Positions 28,334-36,804 of a stretch of DNA of 64,000 bases are shown here, in pieces. Location of the stretch: the NCBI GenBank assembly GCA_035266085.1, contig DATFNZ010000118.1:692-64691 (forward strand), read 5' to 3'. Origin of the DNA: Thermoanaerobaculia bacterium. GTDB taxonomy: Bacteria; Acidobacteriota; Thermoanaerobaculia; Multivoradales; UBA5704. Under the pieces are notes generated by a model. The model did not search any database and was not told where the DNA came from. It saw nothing but the letters and a program-made list of their open reading frames with translations. The translations under genes were made by a program, and so were the position numbers. Each line of letters opens with the position of its first letter. The first letter of the stretch is position 1.

Positions 28334-28576
28334 ATGCGAACCGTCGGTGCCTACGAAGCCAAAACTCACCTGTCCCAACTGATCGAAGAGGTTACTCGTG
28401 GACAGCGAGTCGCCATCACCAAGAACGGGATGCCGGTTGCTCTGCTTGTCCCTGTGCCGTCCACGCAGAAGCCGGATGCCCGGGAAGTCATACGCCAGTT
28501 GCGAGAGCTCCGCCGCGGGATCACTCTTGGCGGCCTCTCCCTCCGGGAGATGATCGAGGAGGGGCGCAGCGGGTGA
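28334..28576 (+). CDS. Phd/YefM-family antitoxin
   Basis: MRTVGAYEAKTHLSQLIEEVTRGQRVAITKNGMPVALLVP. GGAGGA RBS. Its stop overlaps the toxin GTG (GTGA). Confidence 0.85.
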   Translation: MRTVGAYEAKTHLSQLIEEVTRGQRVAITKNGMPVALLVPVPSTQKPDAREVIRQLRELRRGITLGGLSLREMIEEGRSG

Positions 28577-28983
28577 AGAGGTTCGCCTTGGATTGCTCCC
28601 TGACGATGGCATGGTGCTTCGAAGACGAAGCGACCCCTTATTCCGAGAGCGTCCTTGAGGCTCTGGCTGAGGGAGAAGCGTTCGTGCCTCCCATCTGGTC
28701 TTTGGAGGTTGCCAACGTTCTGATGGTTGGGGAGAGGAAGAAGCGTCTGGTTCCGGCGCAGTCTCTCCGCTTCGTAGAGTTGCTCCAGAACCTTCCGATT
28801 ACGCTCGACGCAGACGTTCGCCCACTCGGCGAGCTCCTCGGGCTGGCTCGCGAGCAGGGGTTATCCTCGTACGATGCCAGCTACCTCGACTTAGCTGCTC
28901 GCGCCGGCCTGCCTCTGGCGAGCCTCGATGGCGATCTGTTGAAGGCAGCGGACCGCTATGGGGTAGCACGGTTCAAGTCATAG
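28573..28983 (+). CDS. vapC: PIN-domain (VapC-type) toxin
   Basis: Acidic PIN residues in FALDCS, SLEVANV and SYDASYLDLA. Translationally coupled to the antitoxin. Confidence 0.85.
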   Translation: MKRFALDCSLTMAWCFEDEATPYSESVLEALAEGEAFVPPIWSLEVANVLMVGERKKRLVPAQSLRFVELLQNLPITLDADVRPLGELLGLAREQGLSSYDASYLDLAARAGLPLASLDGDLLKAADRYGVARFKS

Positions 28984-29062
28984 CGGTCTCATCCTTCTGA
29001 GCCTGCAATTGGCTCATGTCGATCCTCCCGCCCCCTCGGACACCACGGGTGCCCGCTTAGCC

Positions 29063-29362
29063 TCAGTTCCCCCCTTCGGCGGAGCCACCTTCGGCCGTCT
29101 CGTTCATCTGCTGCCTCTCCTGCTCCAGCTTGTTGACGGCATCGATCTTGTCCTGATCGCTGCCTTCCGAGCTCTGGATCGCGTCGGCCTGGCTCTGGAT
29201 GTCCGCGGCCTTTTCTTCCACCTCACGGGTGCGCTCGGCCTCGGCCGAGCCGGCGCCCTCCGACCTCACCGGCGGACCGCCGCCGGGGTGGTCGCAGGCC
29301 GTGGCTCCGGCGAGGAGGGTCAGGGAAAGGAGCAGAAACGGAAGGGGACGCCGTAGGGTCAT
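29063..29362 (-). CDS. Small lipoprotein, Glu/Gln-rich
   Basis: Lipobox LLAGATAC after MTLRRPLPFLLLSLT. Confidence 0.65.
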   Translation of the reverse strand: MTLRRPLPFLLLSLTLLAGATACDHPGGGPPVRSEGAGSAEAERTREVEEKAADIQSQADAIQSSEGSDQDKIDAVNKLEQERQQMNETAEGGSAEGGN

Positions 29363-29456
29363 CACAACCTCCTTCGGAACGAATCGTAAACTGTTGGGCG
29401 AAAGCCGTTGCCAGGAGGGTAGCACAGGCTAACGTTTTGCAGACCTCACCTGTCCT

Positions 29457-30008
29457 ATGAATGTGGCCGACACCGACTCCCGCCTGGTGGCGCGTGCGCT
29501 GGGGGGGGATGCCAGGGCGTTCGAGGAGCTGGTTCGGCGGCATTTGAAAAGCGCTCACGCTGTGGCCCTGGGGGTGCTGGGCAACCCGGCCGACGCCGAG
29601 GACGTCTGTCAGGACGCATTCTTGACCGCCCTCCAGAAGCTCGAGGAGTGCCGGGACCCGAAGCGGTTCGCCGCCTGGCTGATGCGGATCGTCCGCAACC
29701 AGGCCCTCAACTTCCGGGAGCGGCGGAGCCTGCGGCAGGGCGAGCCGCTCGAGCGGGTAGCGGAGGCTGCGGGCGGCGACGATCCGGGACGGGAAGCCGA
29801 GCGGTCCGAGCTGCGGGACCGGCTGCTCACGGCCCTCGCCGTCCTGCCGGAAACTCAGCGCGAGGTGGTGCTGCTCCACGACCTCGAGGGCTGGCGCCAC
29901 CGGGAGATCGCCGATCTCCTGGGCACTTCGGAAGGGGCCGTCCGGGTACGGCTTCTCGAGGCCCGGCGGCGGCTGCGGACGGAGCTGGAAGGAAAAGAAG
30001 GAGGATGA
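29457..30008 (+). CDS. ECF (sigma-70 family group 4) sigma factor
   Basis: Region 2 DAEDVCQDAFLTA..AWLMRIVRN and region 4 REVVLLHDLEGWRHREIADLLGTSEGAVRVRL. Confidence 0.9.
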   Translation: MNVADTDSRLVARALGGDARAFEELVRRHLKSAHAVALGVLGNPADAEDVCQDAFLTALQKLEECRDPKRFAAWLMRIVRNQALNFRERRSLRQGEPLERVAEAAGGDDPGREAERSELRDRLLTALAVLPETQREVVLLHDLEGWRHREIADLLGTSEGAVRVRLLEARRRLRTELEGKEGG

Positions 30009-30379
30009 AGAGGATGGATGAGGCACCGATCGACCTGAAGGCTCTGGACCCCACGCTCGACGGCGAGCGGTGGGAGCGCCGGATCGCCACGATCGCGGCT
30101 CTCGCGCGGCCCGAGCTGGCCCGCCGCGCCGCCGCCGCGGAGAGCCCGTGGCTGGTGCTGCTGGGCTGGTTCCGGCCCGCCTTCTCGGCGGCCGCCGCGC
30201 TGGCCCTGTGCGCCGCCGCCGCCTTGGGCTTGCTCCTACAGGGATCGGCGGGCACGCCGGAGCCGGCGGTCGCCGTCGAGGCGTTGCGGCTGCCGGCCCA
30301 GGTCGCCTTCATGCTGGGGGACGATCAGCCGCCCTCGGTGGCGGACCTGGCCCTCGCCGTGCAAGGAGAACAGCCGTGA
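30005..30379 (+). CDS. Putative anti-sigma factor (single TM)
   Basis: ATGA overlap with the sigma factor stop. One TM segment, AFSAAAALALCAAAALGLLL. Confidence 0.6.
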   Translation: MKRMDEAPIDLKALDPTLDGERWERRIATIAALARPELARRAAAAESPWLVLLGWFRPAFSAAAALALCAAAALGLLLQGSAGTPEPAVAVEALRLPAQVAFMLGDDQPPSVADLALAVQGEQP

Positions 30380-30801
30380 GCGAGACCGGCCGTCCCCTGC
30401 GGCGGGCCCGCGCCCTGAGCGCCGCCCTGCTGGTCGCGGTCTTCGTGGCCGGCGGCCTGGTCGGCGCCGCGGCGGACCGGGCTCTCGGCCCCCGATCGCA
30501 TCACAGGGGTGGGAGGCGTGGCGTGGAAGCGGAGATCGTGAACCGCTTGCACCTCGACGCCCGCCGTCAGGCCGAGGTCGAGAAGATCCTCGAGCGCCGG
30601 CGGACCGAAGCGGCGGCGGCGTGGAGAGAGGTCAGGCCGCGATTGAACAGAGTCGTCGCCGGCACGCGGGAGGACCTCTCCCGGGTCCTGACTCCCGAGC
30701 AGCTCGAAGAGTACGACCGCCTGATGGCGGAGCGCTGGCGAAGAATGGAAAACCGGTTCGAATCCGATTCGGCTACCAATAAAAATAAGGGAGGGGCGTG
30801 A
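30376..30801 (+). CDS. Periplasmic Spy/CpxP-like (LTxxQ) stress protein
   Basis: GTGA overlap with the upstream gene. TM/signal ALSAALLVAVFVAGGLVGAAA. LTPEQLEEY motif. Confidence 0.6.
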   Translation: MSETGRPLRRARALSAALLVAVFVAGGLVGAAADRALGPRSHHRGGRRGVEAEIVNRLHLDARRQAEVEKILERRRTEAAAAWREVRPRLNRVVAGTREDLSRVLTPEQLEEYDRLMAERWRRMENRFESDSATNKNKGGA

Positions 30802-30820
30802 GGTGGAAGGAGGTTTTGCC

Positions 30821-32386
30821 ATGAACATGAAGATGAAAGCCTGGATGAATACGTCATTGGCCCTGGTGCTGGCCGTGGGACTCGGCGCCTGCACGCGGGG
30901 TGAGACCCAGGAGAAGCAATCCTCGGTCGATACGGCGCCGGTCGAACGCCGGAGCCTGGTCATATCCGCCGACGCCTCGGGCCAGATCGAGCCCTTGCGG
31001 GTGGTCGAGGTCAAGTCGAGGGTCGGCGGCGAGGTCCAGCAGATGCCGGTGGAGACCGGCCAGGAGCTCCAGCAGGGGGCCCTGATCGCCCTGGTGGACC
31101 CGCGCGACGTGCGCAACGCCTACTCCCAGGCCGAGGCCGATCTGGCGCTGGCGACGGCGCGGGTGGCGAACACCTCGTCTCAGCGCCGCCGGGCCGACAA
31201 CCTGGCCAAGGAGGGCGTCATCAGCGCCCAGGACCGGGAGGCCGCCCAGCTCCAGGAGACCGACGCCAAGGCCCAGCTCGTCAAGGCCAGGACGAATCTC
31301 CAACTGGCCCAGGAGAAGCTGGGCGACGTCGACATCCGCGCCCCCATCTCCGGCATGGTGATCGAGAAGACCGTCGAGCAGGGGCAGATCATCGCCTCGG
31401 CGAGCGGCAACGTCTCGGGCGGCACCACGCTGATAAAGATGGCCGACCTGTCCACCGTCCAGGCCCGCGCCCTGGTGGACGAGACGGACATCGGCCGCGT
31501 CCAGCCCGGGCAGCCGGCCCAGGTGACGGTCGAGGCCTACCCCGGCCGCACTTTCCGCGGCACCGTCTCGAAGATCGAGCCGCAGGCCGTGGTCGACCAG
31601 AACGTCACCATGTTTCCCGTGCTGGTCGAGCTGGCCAACCCCGACCGTCTGCTCAAGCCGGGCATGAACGCCGAGGTCTCCGTCTCCATCGCCCGCCGCG
31701 AGGACGTGGTGGCGGTGCCCAACGAAGCCGTGGCGAACCCGCGCGAGGCGGCTACCGCCGGGGCGGCGCTCGGGCTCGACGAGCAGGAGCTCCGCGACAA
31801 GCTCGCCTCGATGCGGCCGGGCCGCGGCGGGCAATCCCGAGGAACTGAGAATGCCGGGAATGCCGGGAATGCCGGGACCGCCGGGGATCGGGCGGGTGGC
31901 GGCTCCACGGGAGCGAGAGGTGGCGAACGCGCCGCCGGCGGCTCTGATCAATCGGGTGGAAGCAGGAGATCGGGTGGCGGCGAGGGTGGCTGGCGCAGCC
32001 GGTCCGGCGGCGAAGCCGGTGGCACGGGCGGTGGGGCCATGGGCGCCAGCTCCGGGGGACGCTCCTCCGGCGATACGCGGCCGGGTGTCGTCTTCGTCAA
32101 GGGACCCAACGGCCCCGAGCCGAAGTTCGTGACCCTGGGACTCTCCGACTGGGATTTCAGCGAGGTGATCCGCGGGCTGGAGCCCGGCACGGAGGTCTAC
32201 CTCATCTCCGTCGCGCAGTTGAAGCAGCAGCAGACCCAGTTCGCCGACCGCATGCGCCAGCGCGCGGGCGGCGGCATGCTCGGCGGCGGCGGCACCGGCG
32301 GCACCGGTGGTGGCGGTGGCCAGCGCGGCGGCTCGAGCGGTGGGGGAGGATCGGCGGGTGGCGGTGGGGGTCCCCGGGGCCAGTAG
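30821..32386 (+). CDS. MacA/HlyD-family periplasmic adaptor lipoprotein with a Gly-rich insertion and tail
   Basis: Lipobox AVGLGAC. Lipoyl/hairpin region GGEVQQMPVETGQEL...LVDPRD..AEADLA. Contains a ~100-aa G/S/R low-complexity insert, including 3 x aatgccggg at 31850-31876. Confidence 0.85.
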   Translation: MNMKMKAWMNTSLALVLAVGLGACTRGETQEKQSSVDTAPVERRSLVISADASGQIEPLRVVEVKSRVGGEVQQMPVETGQELQQGALIALVDPRDVRNAYSQAEADLALATARVANTSSQRRRADNLAKEGVISAQDREAAQLQETDAKAQLVKARTNLQLAQEKLGDVDIRAPISGMVIEKTVEQGQIIASASGNVSGGTTLIKMADLSTVQARALVDETDIGRVQPGQPAQVTVEAYPGRTFRGTVSKIEPQAVVDQNVTMFPVLVELANPDRLLKPGMNAEVSVSIARREDVVAVPNEAVANPREAATAGAALGLDEQELRDKLASMRPGRGGQSRGTENAGNAGNAGTAGDRAGGGSTGARGGERAAGGSDQSGGSRRSGGGEGGWRSRSGGEAGGTGGGAMGASSGGRSSGDTRPGVVFVKGPNGPEPKFVTLGLSDWDFSEVIRGLEPGTEVYLISVAQLKQQQTQFADRMRQRAGGGMLGGGGTGGTGGGGGQRGGSSGGGGSAGGGGGPRGQ

Positions 32387-32397
32387 TCCTCCATCCC

Positions 32398-32503
32398 GGC
32401 GACCTCACCCTCGGTCCCTCTCCTAAAGGAGAGGGAGGGCTATCCCGAAACGTCATGCCATGAGATCCCTCTCCTCTAGGAGAGGGGCAGGGGTGAGGTC
32501 GCC
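32398..32503. repeat. 106-bp MITE/REP-like element with terminal inverted repeats GGCGACCTCACCC and two internal CCCTCTCC..GGAGAGGG hairpins
   Basis: Its reverse complement aligns almost base for base with 57378-57485. Confidence 0.85.
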
Positions 32504-32556
32504 GAAGGGCAGGTCGCCATGGAAGACACCATGTTCGGAATTGAGAGGAAACATCC

Positions 32557-33765
32557 ATGCTAGTCACCGAGATCTTCCGCGTCGCGCTCGAAGCCATCCG
32601 GGCCAACAAGCTGCGCTCCTTCCTGACGGCCCTGGGGATCATCATCGGCATCTCCGCCGTGATCGCCATGGTCGCCCTGGGCGAGGGGGCGCAGCGCACC
32701 GTACAGGCCCGGCTGGCGTCGCTGGGCGTCAACACCCTCACCGTCCGCCCCGGCCAGGAGTTCTCCGGCGGCGTCGACCGGGGCGACGCCAGGCTTACCG
32801 CCAAGGACGCCGAGGCCCTGATGCGCGAGCCCGAAGCCATCCTCAATGTCTCTCCCGTCATGCAGCGCCGGATCCAGGTCGAATACGGCACCGGCAACGG
32901 CAACCTCAACGTCACCGGCGCCTGGCCCAGCTATTTCTCGATCAGCAACTCGCCGCTCGCCGCCGGCCGCATTTTCAATCAGAACGAGGAGCGCGGCCGC
33001 CGCCGGGTCGCCGTGCTGGGAGCCACGGCTGGCGATACCCTGAAAGCGTCCTCGATGGCCTTGATCGGCCAGTCGATCCGCATCCAGGGAGTCCCCTTCG
33101 AAGTCGTCGGCGTCCTGGCGCCGAAGGGCTCCTCCGGCTTCCAGAACCCGGACGACGGCATCTACATCCCGCTCTCGACGGCCCAGTTCCGCGTCTTCGG
33201 CACCGACCGGGTGCAGTCGATCGACGTTCAGGCCGTGAGTGAATCGCAGATGGACGCCGCCCTGGGGGAAATCGATCACGTCCTGCGCCGCGAGCACCGC
33301 CGGCGCCCGACGCAGCCCAGCGACTTCTCCGTCCGCAACCAGACGACCCTGGTGCAGACCTTTCAGGAGACCGCCCGCACGTTCTCCTTCCTGCTCGCCG
33401 GCATCGCCCTGGTGTCGCTGCTGGTGGGCGGCATCGGCATCATGAACATCATGCTGGTCTCGGTGACCGAGCGCACCCGGGAGATCGGCGTCCGCAAGGC
33501 CCTGGGGGCCCGCCGGCGCGACATCCTCCTGCAGTTCCTCATCGAGGCCCTGGTGCTCTGTCTCGCGGGCGGCCTGATCGGGGTCGGCCTGGGCGTAGGC
33601 AGCGCCGCGGCCCTGCAGCGCCTGGCCGGCTGGAACACCGCCGTCTCCATCGAGGCGATCGTCATCGCCTTCCTGTTCTCCGGCGCCGTTGGGGTCTTCT
33701 TCGGCCTCTGGCCCGCCCGCCGCGCCGCCGGGCTCGACCCGATCGAGGCGCTGCGGTACGAGTAG
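32557..33765 (+). CDS. MacB/FtsX-type ABC transporter permease (no fused ATPase)
   Basis: N-terminal ALEAIRANKLRSFLTALGIIIGISAVIAMV, a periplasmic domain, and the C-terminal FtsX motif TREIGVRKALGARRRDIL. Confidence 0.9.
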   Translation: MLVTEIFRVALEAIRANKLRSFLTALGIIIGISAVIAMVALGEGAQRTVQARLASLGVNTLTVRPGQEFSGGVDRGDARLTAKDAEALMREPEAILNVSPVMQRRIQVEYGTGNGNLNVTGAWPSYFSISNSPLAAGRIFNQNEERGRRRVAVLGATAGDTLKASSMALIGQSIRIQGVPFEVVGVLAPKGSSGFQNPDDGIYIPLSTAQFRVFGTDRVQSIDVQAVSESQMDAALGEIDHVLRREHRRRPTQPSDFSVRNQTTLVQTFQETARTFSFLLAGIALVSLLVGGIGIMNIMLVSVTERTREIGVRKALGARRRDILLQFLIEALVLCLAGGLIGVGLGVGSAAALQRLAGWNTAVSIEAIVIAFLFSGAVGVFFGLWPARRAAGLDPIEALRYE

Positions 33766-33795
33766 GGGATCCTTCGGGCCCAAGCGAATCTGCCG

Positions 33796-33883
33796 TGTAG
33801 GGGCGGCCCTGTGTGGCCGCCCTGGCGCTCTGCGGAGCACCGATTCCCCCCGCCCAGGGCGGCCACATAGGGCCGCCCCTACA
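33796..33883. repeat. REP element: inverted pair of GTAGGGGCGGCC..GGCCGCCC units
   Basis: tgtaggggcggccctgtgtggccgccctgg ... ccagggcggccacatagggccgcccctaca. The same core occurs at 53199-53228. Confidence 0.8.
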
Positions 33884-34014
33884 GACATCTTCTCTTTTCC
33901 CTGACAGCAGTTGGGATCGCCTGGTCTAGACAAGCATGCTTGACAAGGAGGAAAGCGTCCTGTACTCTCCCTGGTGTCAAGCAAGCTTGGCATTACGACA
34001 AGGAGACAAGACCC

Positions 34015-34440
34015 GTGAAATCAACTGACGACTCTCTGGGTGGCTACTGCTCCGGCCCGCAGCGTGACCGGCGCAACCAGATGCGTATCCTGCTTTGGTC
34101 CATCTTCTGGGCGCTCTCTTTCCTCGCCGTCTCGTTGCAGATCAAAAAGGAGTGGTTTCCTTTCGCGGTGACTCTCGCGGGGGTGATCGGCAACTCGCTC
34201 TTCGGCATCGCGACCATTCTGGCGTATCGCCGGTTCCTGCAGGAAACCGACGAGCTGCGGCGCAAGATCGAGGTGGAGTCGCTCGCCCCCGCCTTTGGGG
34301 TCGGCATGGTCGGAGGCCTGGCCTACTGGCTCCTCGTGGTGAGCGGCGCCGCACCCGCGATCGGCTTCGCCTTCGTCTTCGCCCTGATGCTCATCAGCCA
34401 TTCCGTGGGTGTCCTGATCGGCCGCCGGAGGTACTCGTGA
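34015..34440 (+). CDS. Small membrane protein (4 TM)
   Basis: AAGGAGA RBS before the GTG at 34015 (alternative ATG at 34081). Its stop overlaps the downstream HTH gene (GTGA). Confidence 0.65.
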   Translation: MKSTDDSLGGYCSGPQRDRRNQMRILLWSIFWALSFLAVSLQIKKEWFPFAVTLAGVIGNSLFGIATILAYRRFLQETDELRRKIEVESLAPAFGVGMVGGLAYWLLVVSGAAPAIGFAFVFALMLISHSVGVLIGRRRYS

Positions 34441-34649
34441 AGAACCTGTTGAAGGTGCTGCGGGCCGCTCGGGACTGGACGCAGGCCGATCTGGCCCAGC
34501 GGCTGGAGGTCTCGCGTCAGACGGTCAACGCCATCGAGAAGGGGAAGTACGACCCCAGCCTGCCCCTCGCCTTTCGCATCTCGCGACTTTTCGGGATGTC
34601 GATCGAGGAGGTTTTCAGTCCCGAGGAACACGACGGTCAATCGATCTAA
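34437..34649 (+). CDS. XRE-family helix-turn-helix transcriptional regulator
   Basis: WTQADLAQRLEVSRQTVNAIEKGKYDPSL is the classic Cro/C1 HTH. Confidence 0.88.
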   Translation: MKNLLKVLRAARDWTQADLAQRLEVSRQTVNAIEKGKYDPSLPLAFRISRLFGMSIEEVFSPEEHDGQSI

Positions 34650-34654
34650 AGGAG

Positions 34655-36160
34655 ATGAAGATGAACCGATATCGGATGAACCTATATCTGTCAAAGCTCT
34701 TGCTGCTCGCGATGATCTTGCTGCTCGCGACGACTCCCCTGGCCGCTCAGGTGGCGGAATCCAAGCCCGTGCCCGGCGAGGGGGCGGCGGGCCAGTGGCT
34801 CGGGGCTCTCGACGTGGGCCCGACGAAGCTTCGCCTGGGCCTGAACGTCGAGAAGACAAGCGACGGCGGTCTCAGCGCGATTCTCGACAGTATCGATCAG
34901 GGAGCGAAGATCCCGGTCGACACGGTCGTCTTCGAGCGCGGCATTCTACGACTGGGCCTCAAGGCGATCGGCGCCGCCTACGAAGGCACCATGAACGCCG
35001 ACGGCAGCGCCCTGCAGGGCGAGTGGTCGCAGGGGGGACGGAAGCTGCCCCTCACCTTCCAGCGGCAGGAGAAAGCCTTCGCGCTGAACCGCCCTCAACT
35101 GCCAAAGGGGCCGTTCCCGTACGAGAGCCGAGAGGTCACGTTCACCAGCGGGGCGGGGAACGTCCGGCTGGCGGGGACTCTGCTCCTGCCGGAGGGCAAG
35201 GGTCCGTTCCCGGCGGTGGCCCTGGTCACCGGTTCCGGGCCGCAGGACCGGGATGAGACGCTGATGAGCCACAAGCCGTTCCTGGTGATCGCGGACGCCC
35301 TGGCCCGCCGCGGCATCGCCTCTCTCCGCTGGGACGATCGGGGCACCGGCAAATCGACGGGCGACCACATGGGCTCCACGATGGACGACTTCGCGGCCGA
35401 CGCCCGGGCCGCCGTGGCCTTTCTCCGATCCAACCCCGCAGTGGACGGGAGCGCGGTCGGCATCGTCGGACACAGCGAGGGCGGTCTCATTGCCCCGATG
35501 GTCGCGTCGGCGGACAAGTCCGTGGCCTTCCTCGTCCTCCTGGCGCCGCCGGGGGAGCCGTTGCGGTCTCTGCTGATCCGCCAGCCCCGGGCTCTCTACC
35601 GCCTCCAGGGGCTCGACGAGAAGCTGATCGATCGGGCGATGGCGGCTCAGGCCGAGGATCTCGAGCTCATCGCGGACCCCTCGATACCGGTCGACCGGCT
35701 CCAGGAGAAGCTGCGGGCGCTCGCCGAGAGCCACAGGAAGCAGTTCACCGCCGAGGAGCGCGCCCAACTCCAAATCGACGCCAACGCGATCGAGCAGGCG
35801 ATCCGGGTGTCGACGACCGTCTGGTTCCGCTCGCTGATCCGGCAGGATCCGGCGGTGTACCTGCGAAACGTGAAGATTCAGGTCCTCGCCCTGTTCGGAG
35901 AGAAGGACTTCCAGGTGGATCCCCAAGTGAACGCGGAAGCCGTACGCGCCGCCCTCGCCGCCGCTGGGAATCCGGACCACGAGGTGCGGAGCCTGACCGG
36001 CCTCAATCATCTTTTCCAGCACGCCGGGACCGGCAGCATCGAGGAGTACGCCACGATCGAGGAGACGTTCGCCCCCGAAGCCCTGGTTGCGATCGGCGAC
36101 TGGATCGTGGCACGGTTCCCCAAGCGTGCTGACACACCCGCCAGCAAAGCTCAGCTCTGA
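34655..36160 (+). CDS. Secreted alpha/beta-hydrolase
   Basis: Signal LLLLAMILLLATTPLAAQ. Nucleophile elbow GHSEGG. Confidence 0.8.
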   Translation: MKMNRYRMNLYLSKLLLLAMILLLATTPLAAQVAESKPVPGEGAAGQWLGALDVGPTKLRLGLNVEKTSDGGLSAILDSIDQGAKIPVDTVVFERGILRLGLKAIGAAYEGTMNADGSALQGEWSQGGRKLPLTFQRQEKAFALNRPQLPKGPFPYESREVTFTSGAGNVRLAGTLLLPEGKGPFPAVALVTGSGPQDRDETLMSHKPFLVIADALARRGIASLRWDDRGTGKSTGDHMGSTMDDFAADARAAVAFLRSNPAVDGSAVGIVGHSEGGLIAPMVASADKSVAFLVLLAPPGEPLRSLLIRQPRALYRLQGLDEKLIDRAMAAQAEDLELIADPSIPVDRLQEKLRALAESHRKQFTAEERAQLQIDANAIEQAIRVSTTVWFRSLIRQDPAVYLRNVKIQVLALFGEKDFQVDPQVNAEAVRAALAAAGNPDHEVRSLTGLNHLFQHAGTGSIEEYATIEETFAPEALVAIGDWIVARFPKRADTPASKAQL

Positions 36161-36699
36161 GCGGCCCGGACGGCGCGAGGCTTGGCGCGCCGGTCCTGGT
36201 CCCTCTGGGCCGCCTCGCCGCCTCGCCCTTGCAGGTGGGCTTCGACGAACCAGAGCCACTTGTCGATGTCGCGCGAGACCTGGGTAAAGAGGTCGGTCGT
36301 GTCGGCGTCATCGAAACCCTCGGCCTGGTCGATGGCTGCCCGCGCGGCCTTGCCGAACGTGGCGAGCGCGTTGGAGACGGCCTCGACGTGGTCCTCGCCG
36401 GCGGTGATGTCGTGCGGGTACTCCTCGAGGCTTGAGCGCGCCGCGACCAGACGAGCCGTGCCGAGGGCGAAGCCGCCCAGTTGCACGGCGCGCTCCGCGA
36501 TCTCGTCGATGTACCCCTCGACCGCTTCGTTGATCTGATCGAACAGCTCGTGCAAGGCGATGAAGTGCGGGCCCTTGACGTTCCAGTGGGCCTGCTTCAT
36601 CTGGGTCTGGAGATCGATGACGTCGGCGAGCCGAGCGTTGAGCAGCTCGACCGCTTGCCGGCGTGTCTCTTCCGAAAGATCGTTCTTGGTAGGATTCAT
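36151..36699 (-). CDS. dps: Dps-family DNA-protection/ferritin-like protein
   Basis: QMKQAHWNVKGPHFIALHELFD and DEIAERAVQLGG ferroxidase-site contexts. The longer track ORF upstream is not protein-like. Confidence 0.9.
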   Translation of the reverse strand: MNPTKNDLSEETRRQAVELLNARLADVIDLQTQMKQAHWNVKGPHFIALHELFDQINEAVEGYIDEIAERAVQLGGFALGTARLVAARSSLEEYPHDITAGEDHVEAVSNALATFGKAARAAIDQAEGFDDADTTDLFTQVSRDIDKWLWFVEAHLQGRGGEAAQRDQDRRAKPRAVRAAQS

Positions 36700-36804
36700 G
36701 GTGCTGCGTTCCTCTGGGTTGGTGGGGTACACACCGGTCGGTCGGCGCCCCTCCCAAGGAGCATGCGAGCATCGCGCCAGCCGCTCCCTGCTATCATCCC
36801 CACC

